Notes under the pieces: generated by a model
What the model saw: only the letters and a program-made list of their open reading frames with translations
Databases searched by the model: none
What the model was told of the DNA's origin: nothing
Shown here: piece by piece, positions 49,961-63,967 of the stretch
Layout: the number at the start of each line of letters is the position of its first letter
Numbering within the stretch: the stretch's first letter is position 1
Assembly: GCA_035221665.1 (NCBI GenBank)
Contig: CM069155.1
Location: forward strand, 33,418,001 to 33,482,000
Source of the DNA: Okamejei kenojei
Lineage: Eukaryota
Length of the DNA: 64,000 nucleotides
Direction: 5' to 3'
Made by a program: the position numbers and the translations under genes

Positions 49961-50684
49961 CTGTGGCCCACTGAATCCACAGCAACTATTGGACACCCAT
50001 TTATGCTAACCCCACACTAACCCCATTTTGTTCTGCCCACTTTCCCATCGAACTCCTTCCAATTCTATCACGCACTAGTGGCAATTTACAGTGGTCAATT
50101 AACAGACCAACATACACATCTTTGAGACATGGGAGGAAACCAGAACATGCCGGGTAAACACCTGCAGTTAAGGAGAGAACATGCCGGCTCCACATGTACA
50201 GTACCCAAGATCAGGGTTGAACAGATGTGTAGGAAAGAAGATAGACACAAAATGCCAGAGTAACTCAGCGGCACATGCACCATCTCTGGAGAGAAGGAAT
50301 GGATGACATTTCGGGTTTGAATGTAAATTGACCCTAGTGTGTGTAGGATAGTGTTAATGTGTGGGGATCGCTGGTCGGTGTGGACTCGGTGGGCCAATGG
50401 GACTGTTTCCGCTCCGTATCTCTGAACTAAACAACACTAAAAATTATATACCTCTTCTGCATTCGTCTCAACCTGTAGTCCAGCAACTCCTGATGGGCCC
50501 AGATCTGCAACCTCCCAGCAGTATTATGCATTTATCTGCTGAATGCATTTTTAAAATACAGTGTCCTAATTCTGTGCTTCAGTTTACAGGTTATATTCAT
50601 GTGTATTCGTCGTCAACGTGGAAGGTGATAGAGTAAAATGTTGATACCATATATACCATCCAAACAGATCAGATATACAAAACA

Positions 50685-51105
50685 TAGAACCTCCCTGCCC
50701 TTGTACTCAAATCCTTTTGCTATGAATGCCAACATACCATTCGCTTTCTTCACAGCCTGCTGCACCTGCATGCCTACTTTCAATGACTGGTGTACCATGA
50801 CACCCAGGTCTCGTTGCATCTTCCCTTTCCCTAATCGGCCACCATTCAGATAATAGTCTACCCTCCTGTTTTTGCCGCCAAAGTGGATAACCTCACATTT
50901 ATCCACATTATACTGCATCTGCCATGCATTTGCCCACTCACCCAACCTATCCAAGTCACCTTGCAGCCTCCTAGCATCCTCCTCACAGCTAACACTGCCC
51001 CCCAGCTTCGTGTCATCCGCAAACTTGGAGATGTTGCATTCAATTCCCTCATCCAGATCATTAATATATATTGTAAATAGCTGTGGTCCCAGCACTGAGC
51101 CTTGC
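50685..51105 (-). mobile_element. CR1 RT fragment (inverted 5' portion)
   Basis: QGSVLGPQLFTIYINDLDEGIECNISKFADDTKLGG...KGFEYKGREVL. Confidence 0.9.
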
Positions 51106-51127
51106 GATAGCCTTCTGTGCCTTGAGC

Positions 51128-51895
51128 CAGGGATGTTCTACTGCAGTTGTACAGGGTCTTGGTGAGGCCACACCTGGAGTATTGCGTACAGTTTTGGTCT
51201 CCTAATCTGAGGAAAGACATTCTTGCCATAGAGGGAGTACAGAGAAGGTTCACCAGACTGATTCCTGGGATGGCAGGACTTCCATATGAAGAAAGACTGG
51301 ATAGACTCGGCTTGGACTCGCTGGAATTTAGGAGATTGAGGGAGGATCTTATAGAGGCTTACAAGATTCTTAAGGGTCTTCCTTAATTCTTAAGGAAGAA
51401 GGGTCTCGACCCGAAACGTCGCCTATCTCCTTCGCTCCTTAGATGCTGCTGCACCCGCTGAGTTTCTCCAGCTTTTTGTGTACCCTCGATTCTCCAGCAT
51501 CTGCAGTTCCTTCTTTAAAAAATTCTTAAGGGGTTGGGCAGGCTAGATGCAGGAAGATTGTTCCCGATGTTGGGGAACTCCAGAACAAGGGGTCACAGTT
51601 TAAGGATAAGGGAGAAGTCTTTTAGGACCGAGATGAGAAGATCTTTTTTCACACAGAGAGTGGTGAGTCTGTGGAATTCTCTGCCACAGAAGGTAGTTGA
51701 GGCCAGTTCATTGGCTATATTTAAGAGGGAGTTAGATGTGGCCCTTGTGGCTAAAGGGATCAGGGGGTGTGGAGAGAAGGCAGGTACAGGATACTGAGTT
51801 GGATGATCAGCCATGATCATATTGAATGGCAGTGCAGGCTCGAAAGGCCGAATGACCTACTCCTGCATCTATTTTCTATGATTCTATGATTCTAT
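51128..51895 (+). mobile_element. CR1 RT 3' portion to tail
   Basis: [25 protein letters not shown]...GY* plus (ttctatga)n. Confidence 0.9.
51377..51521 (+). mobile_element. Penelope terminal fragment inserted in CR1
   Basis: TSD attcttaaggg at 51366-51376 and 51522-51532; gaagaagggtctcgacccgaaacgtc terminus; 10-bp hairpin at 5' junction. Confidence 0.7.
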
Positions 51896-51917
51896 ATAAT
51901 AAACAAGAAAACTGTGC

Positions 51918-51947
51918 GTGCGTGTGTGTGTGTGTGTGTGTGTGTGC

Positions 51948-51990
<43 letters not shown>
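51918..51990. repeat. Compound microsatellite (TG)n(TA)n
   Basis: Directly visible. Confidence 0.95.
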
Positions 51991-51994
<4 letters not shown>

Positions 51995-52240
51995 AGAAGG
52001 GTCTCGACCCAAAACGTCACCTATTCCTTCTCTCCATAGATGTTGCGCATTTTGTGTCTATCTTCGGTGCAATAAATATATTACACCGAACATAAACACA
52101 AAATGCTGGAGTAACTCAGCGGGAAGTAATGGGTGAAATTTCGGGTTGAGTCTGAAGAAGGGTCTCGACCAGAAACGTCACTTCTTCCCTTCTCTCAAGA
52201 GATGCTGCCTGTCCCGCTGAGTTACTCCAGCATTTTGTGT
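51991..52240. mobile_element. Penelope terminal fragments incl. palindromic pair
   Basis: acacaaaatgctggagtaactcagcggga...tctgaagaagggtctcgaccagaaacgtcac...ctgagttactccagcattttgtgt. Confidence 0.7.
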
Positions 52241-53531
52241 GAGTGTGTGTGTAAATATATTTGTGTGTGTGTGTGTGCGCGCGTGTGTGTATATATATAT
52301 TTATGTACACTCATACATACATTTGAAAAAAAAGAACAATAATAGAGCAAAAAGACAAAGCCAGTGCCCCCAAGTCTATGCAGTTCAGAGTTTATTTGGA
52401 GGTTGTAGTAATAGCCTGATGGCTGTAGGGAAGCAAACTCCTAAGTGTAGATGGTGTTGAGTCCTCTTAGCAAGTACCCTAATTTGTTCAATGTGTTCAG
52501 ACAGCAAATCGTCTACACAAACCTCAGTGAAGAAACATTGCGTAGATGTCCGTGCTTGACGAAGGCTCCTTCATCTTACTGCAGCCATACCTGCAATCTC
52601 ATTACAAGGCATGAAAGACACTGCCAGTAACTTGCAAGGCTTCTGTGACTATGACTGTTAAAGTTTGGGTATTGCCTTCCAATTTTGCAGGGGGGATTAA
52701 TGGCATTCTCCATCCAGCGATGTTGCTTTTTGTTTTCTCTTGTCGGAAAACAGCAGATGGAGCAGCCACATGGCTTAGTGAGGATTGACTGCTTCTCCAT
52801 GGTGCTGGAGCCAGCTAGTGCGATCATATAACTTGCAGGCACCACATGCCAACCCTGGAGATGCACCACAAGTTAAAGCCATTTCAATCCCATCATGTCC
52901 ATCTGGTATATGGCTGTAGGTAGACACACAAAGCTGGAGTAACTCAGCGGGACAAGCAGCGTCTCTGGAGAAAAGGACTAGGTGATGTTTTTGGTTGAGA
53001 CCTTTCTTCATATGGCTGTACTTGGTACCTCATGCTCAGTACAGTGACAACAGTCATGATGCCTTGGTTTTGCAGAAGTCCACCTCAATGACCACAGCAA
53101 ACTGATGATTGTCTACAGGGCAACAAGGGCAATTCACCGATAACACACCCTAGATTCTGGTATCTTCACTACCTTGAGTACTTTGGAGGACCCAGCAGAT
53201 TTATAACTAAAACCAGACCTAATTGAAGACTCGCAAGACACCAACTATTATAATGCTCCTCTGAGTTGCTTTCCAACCTACAATGCTGAGAACTACAGAA
53301 GTAGAAACAAGGAATTGCAGGTGCTGGTTTACACAGACGGACACAAAATTCTGGTGTAACTCAGCGAGTCAGGCAGCATTTCTGGAGAACATGGATAGGT
53401 GACTTTTCGGGTTGAGACCCGAAACATTACCTATCCGAGTCGAGACCCGAAACCGCTTTGAGACCCGAAACATTAAAGCATGAATTTCATTGTCCTATCA
53501 GGGACACATGACTACCCATGTTCTCCCGAGA

Positions 53532-55350
53532 TACCCCACTAGTCACTGCCTGCCATTCTGAAAATGACCCGTTTACTCCTATTCTTTGCTTCCTGACTGC
53601 CAGCCAGTTCTCTATCCACATCAATACTGAACCCCCAATACCGTGTGCTTTAAGTTTGTATGCTTATCTCTTATGTGGGACCTTGTCGAAAGCCTTCTGA
53701 AAGTCCAGATATAACACATGCACAGGTTCTCCCTTATCCACTCTACTAGTTACATCCTCAAAAAATTCTATAAGATTTGTCAGACATGATCTACCTTTCA
53801 TAAATCCATGCTGACTTTTTCCAATGATTTCACCGCTTTCCAAACTGACTCTAGCATTTTCCCCACTACCGATGTTAGACTAATTGGTCTGTAATTCCCC
53901 GTTTTCTCTCTCCCTCCATTTTAAAAAGTGGGGTTACATTAGCTACCCTCCAATCCTCAGGAACTACTCCAGAATCTAAAGAGTTTTGAAAAATTATCAC
54001 TAATGCATCCACTATTTCTGGGGCTACTTCCTTAAGTACTCTGGGATGCAGCCTATCTGGCCCTGGGGATTTATCGGCCTTTAATCCATTCAATTTACCC
54101 AACACCACTTTCCGGCTAACCTGGATTTCACTCAGTTCCTCCATCTCATTTGACCCCCGATCCCCTGCTATTTCCGGCAGATTATTTATGTCTTCCTTTG
54201 TGAAGACAGAACCAAAGTAGTTATTCAATTGGTCTGCCATGTCCTTGTTCCCCATGATCAATTTACCAGTTTCTGACTGCAAGGGACCTACATTTGTTTT
54301 AACTAACTTTTTTCTCTTCACATATCTATAAAAACCTTTGCAGTCCGTTTTTATGTTCCGTGCCAGTTTTCTTTCATAATCTATTTTCCCTTTCCTAATT
54401 AAGCACTTTGACCTCCTCTGCTGGACTCTGAATTTCTCCCAGTCCTCTGGTAGGCTGCTTTTTCTGGCTAATTTGTATGCTTCATCTTTAGTTTTGATAT
54501 TATCCCTGATTTCCCTTGTTATCCATGGATGCACTACCTTCCCTGATTTATTCTTTTGCTAAAATGGGATGAACAATTGTTGTAGTTCATCCATGCAGTC
54601 TTTAAATGCCTTCCATTGCATAACCACCGTCAACCCTTTAAGAATCACTTACCAGTCTATCTTGGCCAATTCACGTTTCATACCCTCAAAGTTACCTTTC
54701 TTTAAGTTCAGAACCCTTGTTTCTGAATTAACAATGTCACTCTCCATCCTAATGAAGAACTCAACCATATTATGGTCACTCTTGCCCAAGGGGCCACGCA
54801 CAACAAGACTGCTAACTAACCCTTCCTCATTACTCAATACCCAGTCTAGAATAGCCTGCTCTCTCGTTGGTTCCTCTACATGTTGGTTTAGAAAATTATC
54901 CCGCATACATTCCAAGAAATCCTCTTCCTCAGCACCCCAGCAAATTTGATTCACCCAATCTATATGTAGATTGAAGTCACCCATTATAACAGTTTTACCC
55001 TTGTTGCACGCATTTCTAATTTCATGTTTGATGCCATCCCCAACTCCACTACTACTGTTAGGTTACCTGTACACAACTCCCACTAGTGTTTTCTGCCCCT
55101 TAGTGTTTCGCAGATCTACCCATATCGATTCCACATCCTCCAAGCTAATGTCTTTCCTTTCTATTGTGCTAATCTCCTCTCTTAACCAGCAACGCTACTC
55201 CACCTCCTTTTCCTTTCTGTCTGCACCTCCTGAATATTGAATATCCCTGGATGTTCAGCTCCCAGCCTTGGTCACCCTGGAGCCATGTCTCCGTGATCCC
55301 AACTATATCATATTCATTAATAACTATCTGCACATTCAACTCATCCATCT
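53532..55350 (-). mobile_element. CR1 LINE ORF2 fragment (APE endonuclease to RT N-terminus)
   Basis: MGDFNLHIDW...ILDWVLSNE...GKSDHNMVEF; KSPGPDRLHPRVLKEVA...PEDWRVANVTPLFK; frameshifted. Confidence 0.9.
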
Positions 55351-57494
55351 TGTGAACACTTGTACAATCATAGGAAGAATCAGTTGAAATAAATTAGAAA
55401 TTAACCTGCCTGGATTTGATAATGTATAAATTGGCCTGCTGAACAGCTCCCCCCCGTGTTCAGCTGTGCAGGGTAAGAGTTCAACTGGAATGTTAGCAGA
55501 TAGCAGTGGTGGTACCTAGTCAATGTTGCGCAGTTGTTCACATCAAACCTGTCTTGATTAGTGCGGGTGTCAGAGGTTATGGGGAGAAAAGCAGGAGAAT
55601 GGGGCTAGGAGGGAGAGCATCAACCATGATTGAATGGCGGAGTAGACTTGATGGGCCGAATGGCCTGATTCTGCTCCTATCCTATGATCTTCTGATGATT
55701 TCCTCCAGTCTGAAGAAGAGTCCCGACCCGAAACGTCACCCATCCTTTTTCCCCGGAGTTGCTGCCTGACCCACTGAGTTACTCCGGCACTTTGTATCTA
55801 TCATGGTTTGGTTTCTCTGGTTTAGCCACGCATGCCCTAACACCCTCAGTGATAATGGTCCAGTGTAGCATGTGTTCAAATGTGCCCAAATGTTGGATAC
55901 AATATTGGAACCGATCTAGTAATCCATTACAAATGCATGCTGTGGGAGTGAATGTTTCAACCCGAGTATTCTATTTTACCTGTTCTAAATTGGCTCTTTA
56001 TTTCTCAAAAAGATAATCTCATCTATAGAAATGTAATACAATCTTTCATAATGTGAACTTTTAAGTATTGAAGTAGATTTAAAACAAAACAGCTCATTCT
56101 AGTATTTAGTATACTGATCTCTAAATACAATTATACTAATGAAAAGGTAAATGTAAAATGAAAAATAATAGTGTGTACAGCAAAGAGGATTTCATTTACA
56201 AAATGTGTATGTCCTGTATTATTACAGCTGAGCTTTTGATTGTTTTCAGGTATTTTTGCCAACTAGATCCAGAAATCCTTGCTGGATTACCTGCATAATA
56301 AGTGAATCGACTTCAGTATTAACTAAATTACTTCCTGTGATTTTGTTTTCCCATTCCTGTTTTGATAAATGCCCTGCAACAAATTGCTGAATGTAATTGC
56401 GGCTCAGAAGAGAGATTTGTGGTGTAGACTTGCTTATATTAAATTGGATGTTCTCTTGTAACAACAGGAGTATTATCCTATTTAATGGACCTGTGCGTTT
56501 TCAATTGCTGCAGTGGATTTGGCCAAGCCTTTTACCGCTGCACAGTTTAATTCCTGCAGGTAAGCGCAGTCTGGGACCAACCCATGCTTAATTAGTGTTT
56601 AGGGAGAGAAGTTTGCAAATGTAAACATATTTTACCAGTTTTCAGACCAAAACAAGAGCTTGTGCCATTTCATTTTTAAACCTTTGAAGCTTCAAAGATT
56701 ACAAGTGTGTTCAACCAGTTTTTTAATTAAATTTTTAATTTTTTTAAAATTTGTTATTTTTGTTAGAAGTAAGTACTGTAATGTGGTACCTAAGTGCCTG
56801 ATGCATACAGACACATTACCATTCTTGTACAACTTCTTATTTTTAATTTAATAATAAAAGAGCAGTGATAGAAAGAAGAAAATAAAGAGAGTCGAGATAG
56901 ATAGACAAGAGAGTAGAAACGAATAGCGAGAGAGACAGAAAGAAGAAATAAAAAGATAAAGAGATTTAAAAAAAAGAGAAAAAAAGGAAAATAAATTAGG
57001 AGAGATATACCTATTTAATATCTTTACCCACCTGTCACCTGGTTCTGAATCATTTAATTTCTAAGGTTATGTTGTACCGTATGCTTGTAATGGTGGTCAA
57101 ACAGTTTTAGTTGTAGATTTGATAAATGATTTTACATTATATTTAAACCTATATTTTCTGTTCCAAATTCTCTATGAACCGTCGGTATTCTGGTATATTT
57201 TCAAGAATGATCCCAGCGTGCTACATCTTTTAAATTTTTGTGCTGCTTTCCTGAAGTCAAATAGCCTGTTGTGTTCACTACAACAGTCTTCACTCTTCAG
57301 TGACAGCTACTGTATATAAATGGGTAACTGGAAGATCAGTGTTTATGGAACCATATCCAACCATTATGGAACCATATCTAAGGGGGTCATTATTTTAACA
57401 TGTGTAGGGTGCAGAACACGGAAGAACAGTACTTTTTCAGATAATTAACTTGTACTGATAGTATGTAGTGTGACTTTTCATTTAAGCAAGTTTA

Positions 57495-57806
57495 GATTAA
57501 TTTAGTTTAGAGATACTGTGTGGAAACAGGCTGTTCGCCAGTCTGTGCCACCGAGCTGGTACTGACTAGCGATCCCCCCCCCCCCATGTTAACAATACCC
57601 TACACGCACTAGGGATCATTTTACATTTACAACCAAACCAATTAACCTACAAACCTGTACATCTTTGGAGTGTGGGAGGAAACCGGAGATCTCTGAGAAG
57701 ATCACAGGGAGAATGTACAAACTCCGTACAGACAGCTCCCGTAGTCAGGATAGAACCTGGGTCTGGTGCTATAAGGGAGCGACTCTACCACTGCGCCACC
57801 GTGCCA
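57495..57806 (-). mobile_element. HE1-type SINE
   Basis: Head, core and tail. Confidence 0.8.
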
Positions 57807-58409
57807 CACATAGGTGTGCCTGAATATTCTGCCTCAATGTTAGCACCTTTTGCCGTGCCTACAGTTTGCATGCACTGATCCGTTTCCATATTACTGAGCC
57901 ATTTCTGACATCTCACTCAGATCAGCTTTACTCATGAATCTGTCTCATTTCATCTTCTGAGTGAATGGAATGGCCAAAGTAGCTATTCATCTTGCCCAGG
58001 TGACAGGAATGTAACTTCAAAGTGTCTAAACTTGCTTGCCTTTAAATTAAGGAAATTAAGTTTGTCAATTGTCCGGACATTCCATGATGGGGTGATCATC
58101 TTGGCTGTGGCAGGCCACGTGAACCTCACACTGCAAAGTCTGCCCGCCCACATTAGCACAGTTACGTTTACAGCTGGGCTGGTCATTCATGCCCAAGAGT
58201 TATCCTGTGAAACAGAATGGACCATGGGAGTTGACACATCCTCGGACAACGGATCCTGAGGCACCTCTAATAATTCTTAAGCCAACCATCATTGACACTA
58301 ATGGAGCGTATTTTGCCTCTCAGCTTGACGTGTTTGTGTTTAGTGGTGAGTCCAGCAGTGGAGAAGGAGATGGCGTGCATTGGCGTCTGACCTCCAATTC
58401 ATCACAGAC

Positions 58410-58632
58410 ATTTAGGTTTAGATCAACCAACCATCCCCCGTACACCAGTTCTATCCTACTCACTCGGGACAATTTACAGAAACCAATTAACCTACAAGCT
58501 TGCACATCTTTGGAATGTGGGAGACCGGAGAAAACTCACCTGGTCACAGGGAGGCATACAAATTTGATACAGATCGAACCCAGGTGTCTGGTGCTGTGAG
58601 GCAGCAACTCTAACACTGTGCCACTGTGCTGC
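58410..58632 (-). mobile_element. HE1-type SINE fragment
   Basis: Core and head. Confidence 0.7.
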
Positions 58633-58768
58633 CCCTTCTACAGTTCTATAGGCATACAACCTGGTGCTGACTAAAGGCATGTATGATCCAGTCCAGCAAT
58701 TCTTGTTCTTAGTGCACAAATGAACAACAGTGTTTCTCGTTTTGACGTTTTTGCGACTTGTCTTTCAG

Positions 58769-58906
58769 CAAACACTGGATGCTGGTCGGATTGGTATTGC
58801 CTCACAGGCCCTCGGGATCGCACATGCAGCCCTGGACTGTGCTGTGGACTATGCTGAGAAAAGGATGGCGTTTGGCTCACCTATTTCCAAACTCCAGGCC
58901 ATACAG
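58769..58906 (+). CDS. ACADS: ACADS coding exon 7
   Basis: ctttcAG acceptor, GTAAAA donor; 138 bp; [46 protein letters not shown]. Confidence 0.97.
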
Positions 58907-59809
58907 GTAAAATCAGCTCGAGTGTTCCTGAGGAAGGTCACCCACTTCTCTGTTCGTAACTTCTCGGAGCAGAATTAGGCCATTTGGCCCATCAAGTCTA
59001 CCCCACCATTCAATCATGGCTGATCTATCTTTCCCTCTCAACCCCATTCTCCTGCCTTCACAAAAACATAAATTTGGAGAAACGACTATCAGACCCGCTC
59101 CCTCGCTGTTCAGAAAGTTGTCCAAAATAGGATGTTCAGTGAACACGGCAAGAGATTTACCTACAGATTTTACTTTAAACCCTCTAGTAGTGGATAGGAC
59201 AGGTTTTAAGGCATATGGGCCAAACCCAAGTAGGTGGGACTAGTGTAGATGGGACATGTTGCTGGTGTGGGCATGTTGGGCCAAAGTTAGACTCTAGTAT
59301 TACTTAAACCAAAACATTTACATTTTGGTGACTTTTTCTAATGTTGGCATATCTTCTTCAAAACAATGGCAAAGCTTACATTGGATCGCAGCGCTTTAGT
59401 TCTTTGTTTTGCTCTACAATATCAGTGGTTTCAAAACTCGTGGAAGTAATATGCGGGGAGTAAAAACATATTCACGTTGGAACGATGAATTTGGTTGAAA
59501 CATTGCAGACATAATTTCATCCAAAGAAATATGAAATTTGTAGGAACTATGAGAGAGGTTAAAAAAAAGTCTGGCAAAAAGGTCACAAGAGCATAAAAAC
59601 TCTAAAGTCTGTTCCAAAATCCTTAGTGATGGAAAGACAAGGGACCCTGGTCCTCAATAATAAAGGTAATGTATGAAAAAGCTGATTTTTTAAAAAAAGA
59701 TTCCAAGACGATTGTGTTAAGTTTTGGGGGCTACATATTAGGAAAGATGTCTATGTCTTTGGGAAGGTGCAGAAAAATTCAGACCCCAGGAGGGATGAGG
59801 TTAAAAGTT

Positions 59810-60418
59810 ATAACAAGCGGAGTCAAGTTTAGGAGCAAAGAGGTCCTTCTGCAGTTGTTCAGAGCCCTAGTGAGACCACACCTGGAGTATTGTGTGCAGT
59901 TTTGGTCTCTTAATTTGAAGAAGGACATTCTTGCTCTTGAGGAAGTGCACGTAGGTTCATCAGGTTAATTCCTGGAATGGTGGGACTGTCATATGCTGAG
60001 AGAATGGAGCAGCTGGGCTTGTACACTCTGGAGTTTAGAAGGATGAGAGGAGATCTTATTGAAACATATAAGATTGTTAAAGGTTTGGACACGCGAGAGG
60101 CAGGAAACATGTTCCTGATGTTGGAGTCCAGAACCAGGAGCAACAGTTTAAGAATAAGGGTTAAGCCATTTAGAACGGAGACGAGGAAACATTTTTTCTC
60201 ACTAGAGAGTTGTGAGTCTGCGGAATTCTCTGCCTCAGGGGGCGGTGGAGGCCGGTTCTCTGGATACTTTCAAGAGAGAGCTAGATAGGGCTCTTAAAGA
60301 TAGCGGAGTCAGGGGATATGGGGAGAAGGCAGGAATGGGATACTGATTGGGGATGATCAGCCATGATCACATTGGCTCGAAGGGCCGAATGGCCTACTCC
60401 TGCACCTATTGTCTATTG
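59810..60418 (+). mobile_element. CR1 LINE 3' fragment
   Basis: [23 protein letters not shown]...RRMRGDLIETYKI plus tail. Confidence 0.9.
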
Positions 60419-60970
60419 AGATCACGAGGAGATTTGACGATCAAAACTCTCAATTGTTTTGTTGCAGTTTAAAAAAGAGAGCCTGTGCTCCAGACTTGTA
60501 TGGTTATTGGCAAAAGAATCTGGTGGAAAAAGAAGTCTTATTTGAAGCTAGTTACGAACTTGGAACGTGTCTCTGAGAGGAAGTTGGAAAGCGTGTCTAG
60601 CACTGTCGTTCAAAAAGGAAGTAGATAATTGCTAAAAGCTACAAATAATACATGGCAGCTGATTGTGCTCATTAGGTAGCCCCAGCTAAAGAACTAGCAC
60701 AGGCGCAGTGGCCCAAATAACATGCTCTGCGCTGCGCGTTCCACTATAATACTCTGTTCACAATTCCTTCCAATTCACCGTAACCCACTAACCTTTTGGG
60801 AAATAACTTGCGATTTGACTGAAAGATCGATCACTGAGATTCCAGGCTTCCATTCCTGTTGCGAAAACTCAGCGCGCAAATGCTGACCTACATCTGCAAA
60901 ATCTTTGATTAAATAAAACAGTACTTTGGAATAGTCAGTGAGGGCGATTTAAATTTTATTTTGTTTACAG

Positions 60971-61066
60971 TTCAAATTAGCTGATATGGGCCTGGCGCTG
61001 GAGAGTGCACGCTTGTTGACTTGGAGAGCAGCTATGCTGAAGGATAATGGAAAATCATATATAAAG
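60971..61066 (+). CDS. ACADS: ACADS coding exon 8
   Basis: tttacAG acceptor, GTAATA donor; 96 bp; [32 protein letters not shown]. Confidence 0.96.
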
Positions 61067-61124
61067 GTAATACAAGAAACATATTAAATCATGACATGGC
61101 TTTGATCTTAATAAGGACAAGGGA

Positions 61125-61360
61125 TAGGAGTAGAATAGGCCATTCGGCCCATCAAGTCTACTCTGTCAATGATCTAACTCTCTCTCCTAACCCCATTCTC
61201 CTGCCTTCTCTCCATAACCTCTGACACCTGTACTAATCAAGAATATCTATGCCTTAAAAATATTCACAAACTCGGCCTCCACAGCCTTCTGTGGCAAAGA
61301 ATTCCACACATTCACCACCCTCTGACTAAATAAATCTCTCCTCATCTCCTTCCTAAATGA
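61125..61360 (-). mobile_element. CR1 LINE 3' end
   Basis: Reverse RT end and tail. Confidence 0.75.
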
Positions 61361-61385
61361 ACCTCAAAACTGTTATCTCTCTTAG

Positions 61386-62190
61386 GTAGACAAAAAGGCT
61401 GGAGTAACCCAGCGGGTCAGGCAGCATCTCTGGAGAGAAGGAATGGGTGATGTTTCTGGTCGAGACCCTTCTTCAGACCTGACCTGAAAGGCCCTTCTTC
61501 TCACCCATTCCTTCTCTCCAGAGACGCTGCCTGTCCCTCTGAGTTACTCTGGCATTTTGTGTCTGTCTTCGGTTTAAACCAGCATCTGCAGTTCCTTCCT
61601 ACACGTCCCTCTTAGGTATTACCTTCTGTGGAAAGGAACTGCAGAACAGCAGCACATATTTTGCATGGCATCCTACAGCCCAATGGTATGATCATTGATT
61701 TTTCTAATTTCATGTAACCCCTGCATTCCCTCCCTCTCCCCCCTCACCCATCCTAGGCTTCCTACTAGTTTCCCTCTGCATCGTTGTATGGCTTTGTCAT
61801 CACCTCTCCCTCAGCCAACAATGGGCCATTGTGGATGCCCCCTTCCTTGGTCATCTGTAGCTGGCCCTGATTTGTTCTGACCTTTTCCTCCCTCTAGTTC
61901 CCTCCCCTCTACTTTCAGTCTGAAGAGGAGTTCCGACCTGAAACGTCACCCATCCATTTTCTCCACAGATGCTGTCTGACCCACTGTAAACCCGTCTCGC
62001 ACCCAAAGCTGCCTTTTCCTTCAGATAGACACAAAATGCTGGAGTCAGCGGGTCAGGCAGCATCTCAAGAGAAAAGGAATAGGTGACATTTCGGATCAGA
62101 ACCCTTCTTCAAACCCGAACGTCAACCATCCTTTTTCTCTGGAGATGCTGCCTCAACCGCTGAGTTACTCTGGCACTTTGTGTCTATCTA
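61386..62190. mobile_element. Cluster of Penelope 3' end and palindromic terminal repeats
   Basis: Palindromes at about 61386-61570 and 62023-62188; pyrimidine-rich UTR plus terminus at about 61700-61985. Confidence 0.7.
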
Positions 62191-63044
62191 GAAAAGGGAT
62201 AAACAAAATGATATGCCCTTTGGTCTCATACCAGTGATGGAAAATTATCTCAGCTTATTGTTAAGCACAGAATTATTTATTATTTGGGAAATGATGGAAT
62301 AAAAAGGTATGGTAGAGATTCAGCAAAGGATAATCATGTTCGAGTAGACATTTGAGTTATTTTGATAAGATTATTGAAGTGTTTATATGTTTAATTATTT
62401 ATATATATAATGTGTGCGTTCTCAAAGAGTATTGCATTGGTAGCATAAAGTGAAGAATTTATAAAATAGAAGCAACTAATTTAGTTACTCAATTTTTCAA
62501 TTTGCAGATGGAATGATACTACAATAAATAGTAGCAGGTTGCAGTGGAATAGAGACAGATGGTGTAATAGGCCAACATATGGCAGGTGTAATTTAATGTG
62601 AATGTGAAATGATGGACATTTTGGAGAAACAAGGTGGATCATTTAAATGATGCTGTTTGGATGGGGCTGCCAGTATACTGAGACATGATACGCATTCAGT
62701 AAAGATGGAAGGCGGCAGAGGGAGGTGATAAGGACGTTTTGAAAGCATATGAGAATCATATATTTTTTTTTAAATGGGGCATTCAACACCAAAGGCATGA
62801 TATTTATATTAAAACTTTACCAAGTTAGCAACATTGTGTATAATTCTGGGGCAGCACACTTTGTTAAAGAGTTGGAGAGAGGGTATTGGAGTTGTTCTCA
62901 AGTAATATTGAGCTGAATGATTTCACTTGTGAAAGAATGGAGAAGCTGGGAATGTTCTCTGGAACATGGAAGATCATTGAGAAGCTAAGTATTTGCACTC
63001 AGTCAAGAGGAGCTTTGACAGAAGAAAACTGCTTCTTTAGTGGG

Positions 63045-63338
63045 TTTGGTCTATTTTGAGATAAAGTGCGGAAAAAAGCCCATCTGGGTTCCACGTTCGA
63101 CCAGCGATCCCCACATATTAACACTATCCTACACACACCAGGGACAATTTTTACGTTTACTAAGCCAATTTTACCTACATACCTGTACGTCTTTGGAGTG
63201 TGAGAGGAAACTGAAGATCTCGGAGAAAACCCACGCAGGTCACGGGTCTCGGTTACAGGCAGCACCGTACCGGATCGAACTGGGTTCTCTGGCGTGTTAG
63301 CATTGTAAGGCAGCAACTTACTGCGGGGCCACGTGCCG
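63045..63338 (-). mobile_element. HE1-type SINE inserted in an old CR1 remnant (about 62505-63560)
   Basis: SINE core; degenerate CR1 sequence resumes on both sides. Confidence 0.75.
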
Positions 63339-63929
63339 CAACCAAGGTTGATAACCAGAGCTCGTTAGAAAACGATGGCAAAAGAACAGGAGTGGAAATG
63401 AGGGAAAGCTTTTTCCTCAGAGAAGGTTGTTATGATTTAAAACGCACTCCTTAGAAGATTGATGAAATGGGATTCCATGGAAACTTTCAAAAATCAATTG
63501 GAATAATTTTCAAAGGTAGGTAACTTGAAAGGCTAGCAAAGAAACAGAGGAGTGGGATTAAATGATGCAGAATGCATACATTTCATGATTCTGCATTTGA
63601 TGTGGCAATGAGTTGGGCTTTGCAGTCTTTGCTACGATATGATGAGTTAGACCATGCAGCCCCTAGCGTGGCAACAAGATGGGCAGTGTGACCCCTGATG
63701 GTGGCTAGAATGACTGCACCCCTGTGACTGTGCACTGCCTGATGTAGTTTCGAGATGGACTGTGCAGTCCTGCGGTGTGGTAACAATAGAAGAAGAATGC
63801 AGTCGCTAGCTGTTCTGTAGATAGTCAGACACTTCATTGTCGCATGTACTGTGATGGTACAGTGAAATTCTTTGTTTCTGCATGCACAGTACACAAAAGA
63901 GGTCTCCACAAGGCGCAGACAAAGTTCCT

Positions 63930-63967
<38 letters not shown>

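Larger units (their letters stand above)
49788..50222 (-). mobile_element. Diverged HE1-type SINE hosting ribozyme retroposon copy 2
   Basis: Tail catacag...ggcccactgaatccac, core tgggaggaaaccagaac. Confidence 0.65.

Noticed and set aside
53405-53475. Three short direct repeats gagacccgaaac (CRISPR-like spacing)
   Set aside because: Local slippage copies of the Penelope terminus in a eukaryotic intron; too short and irregular
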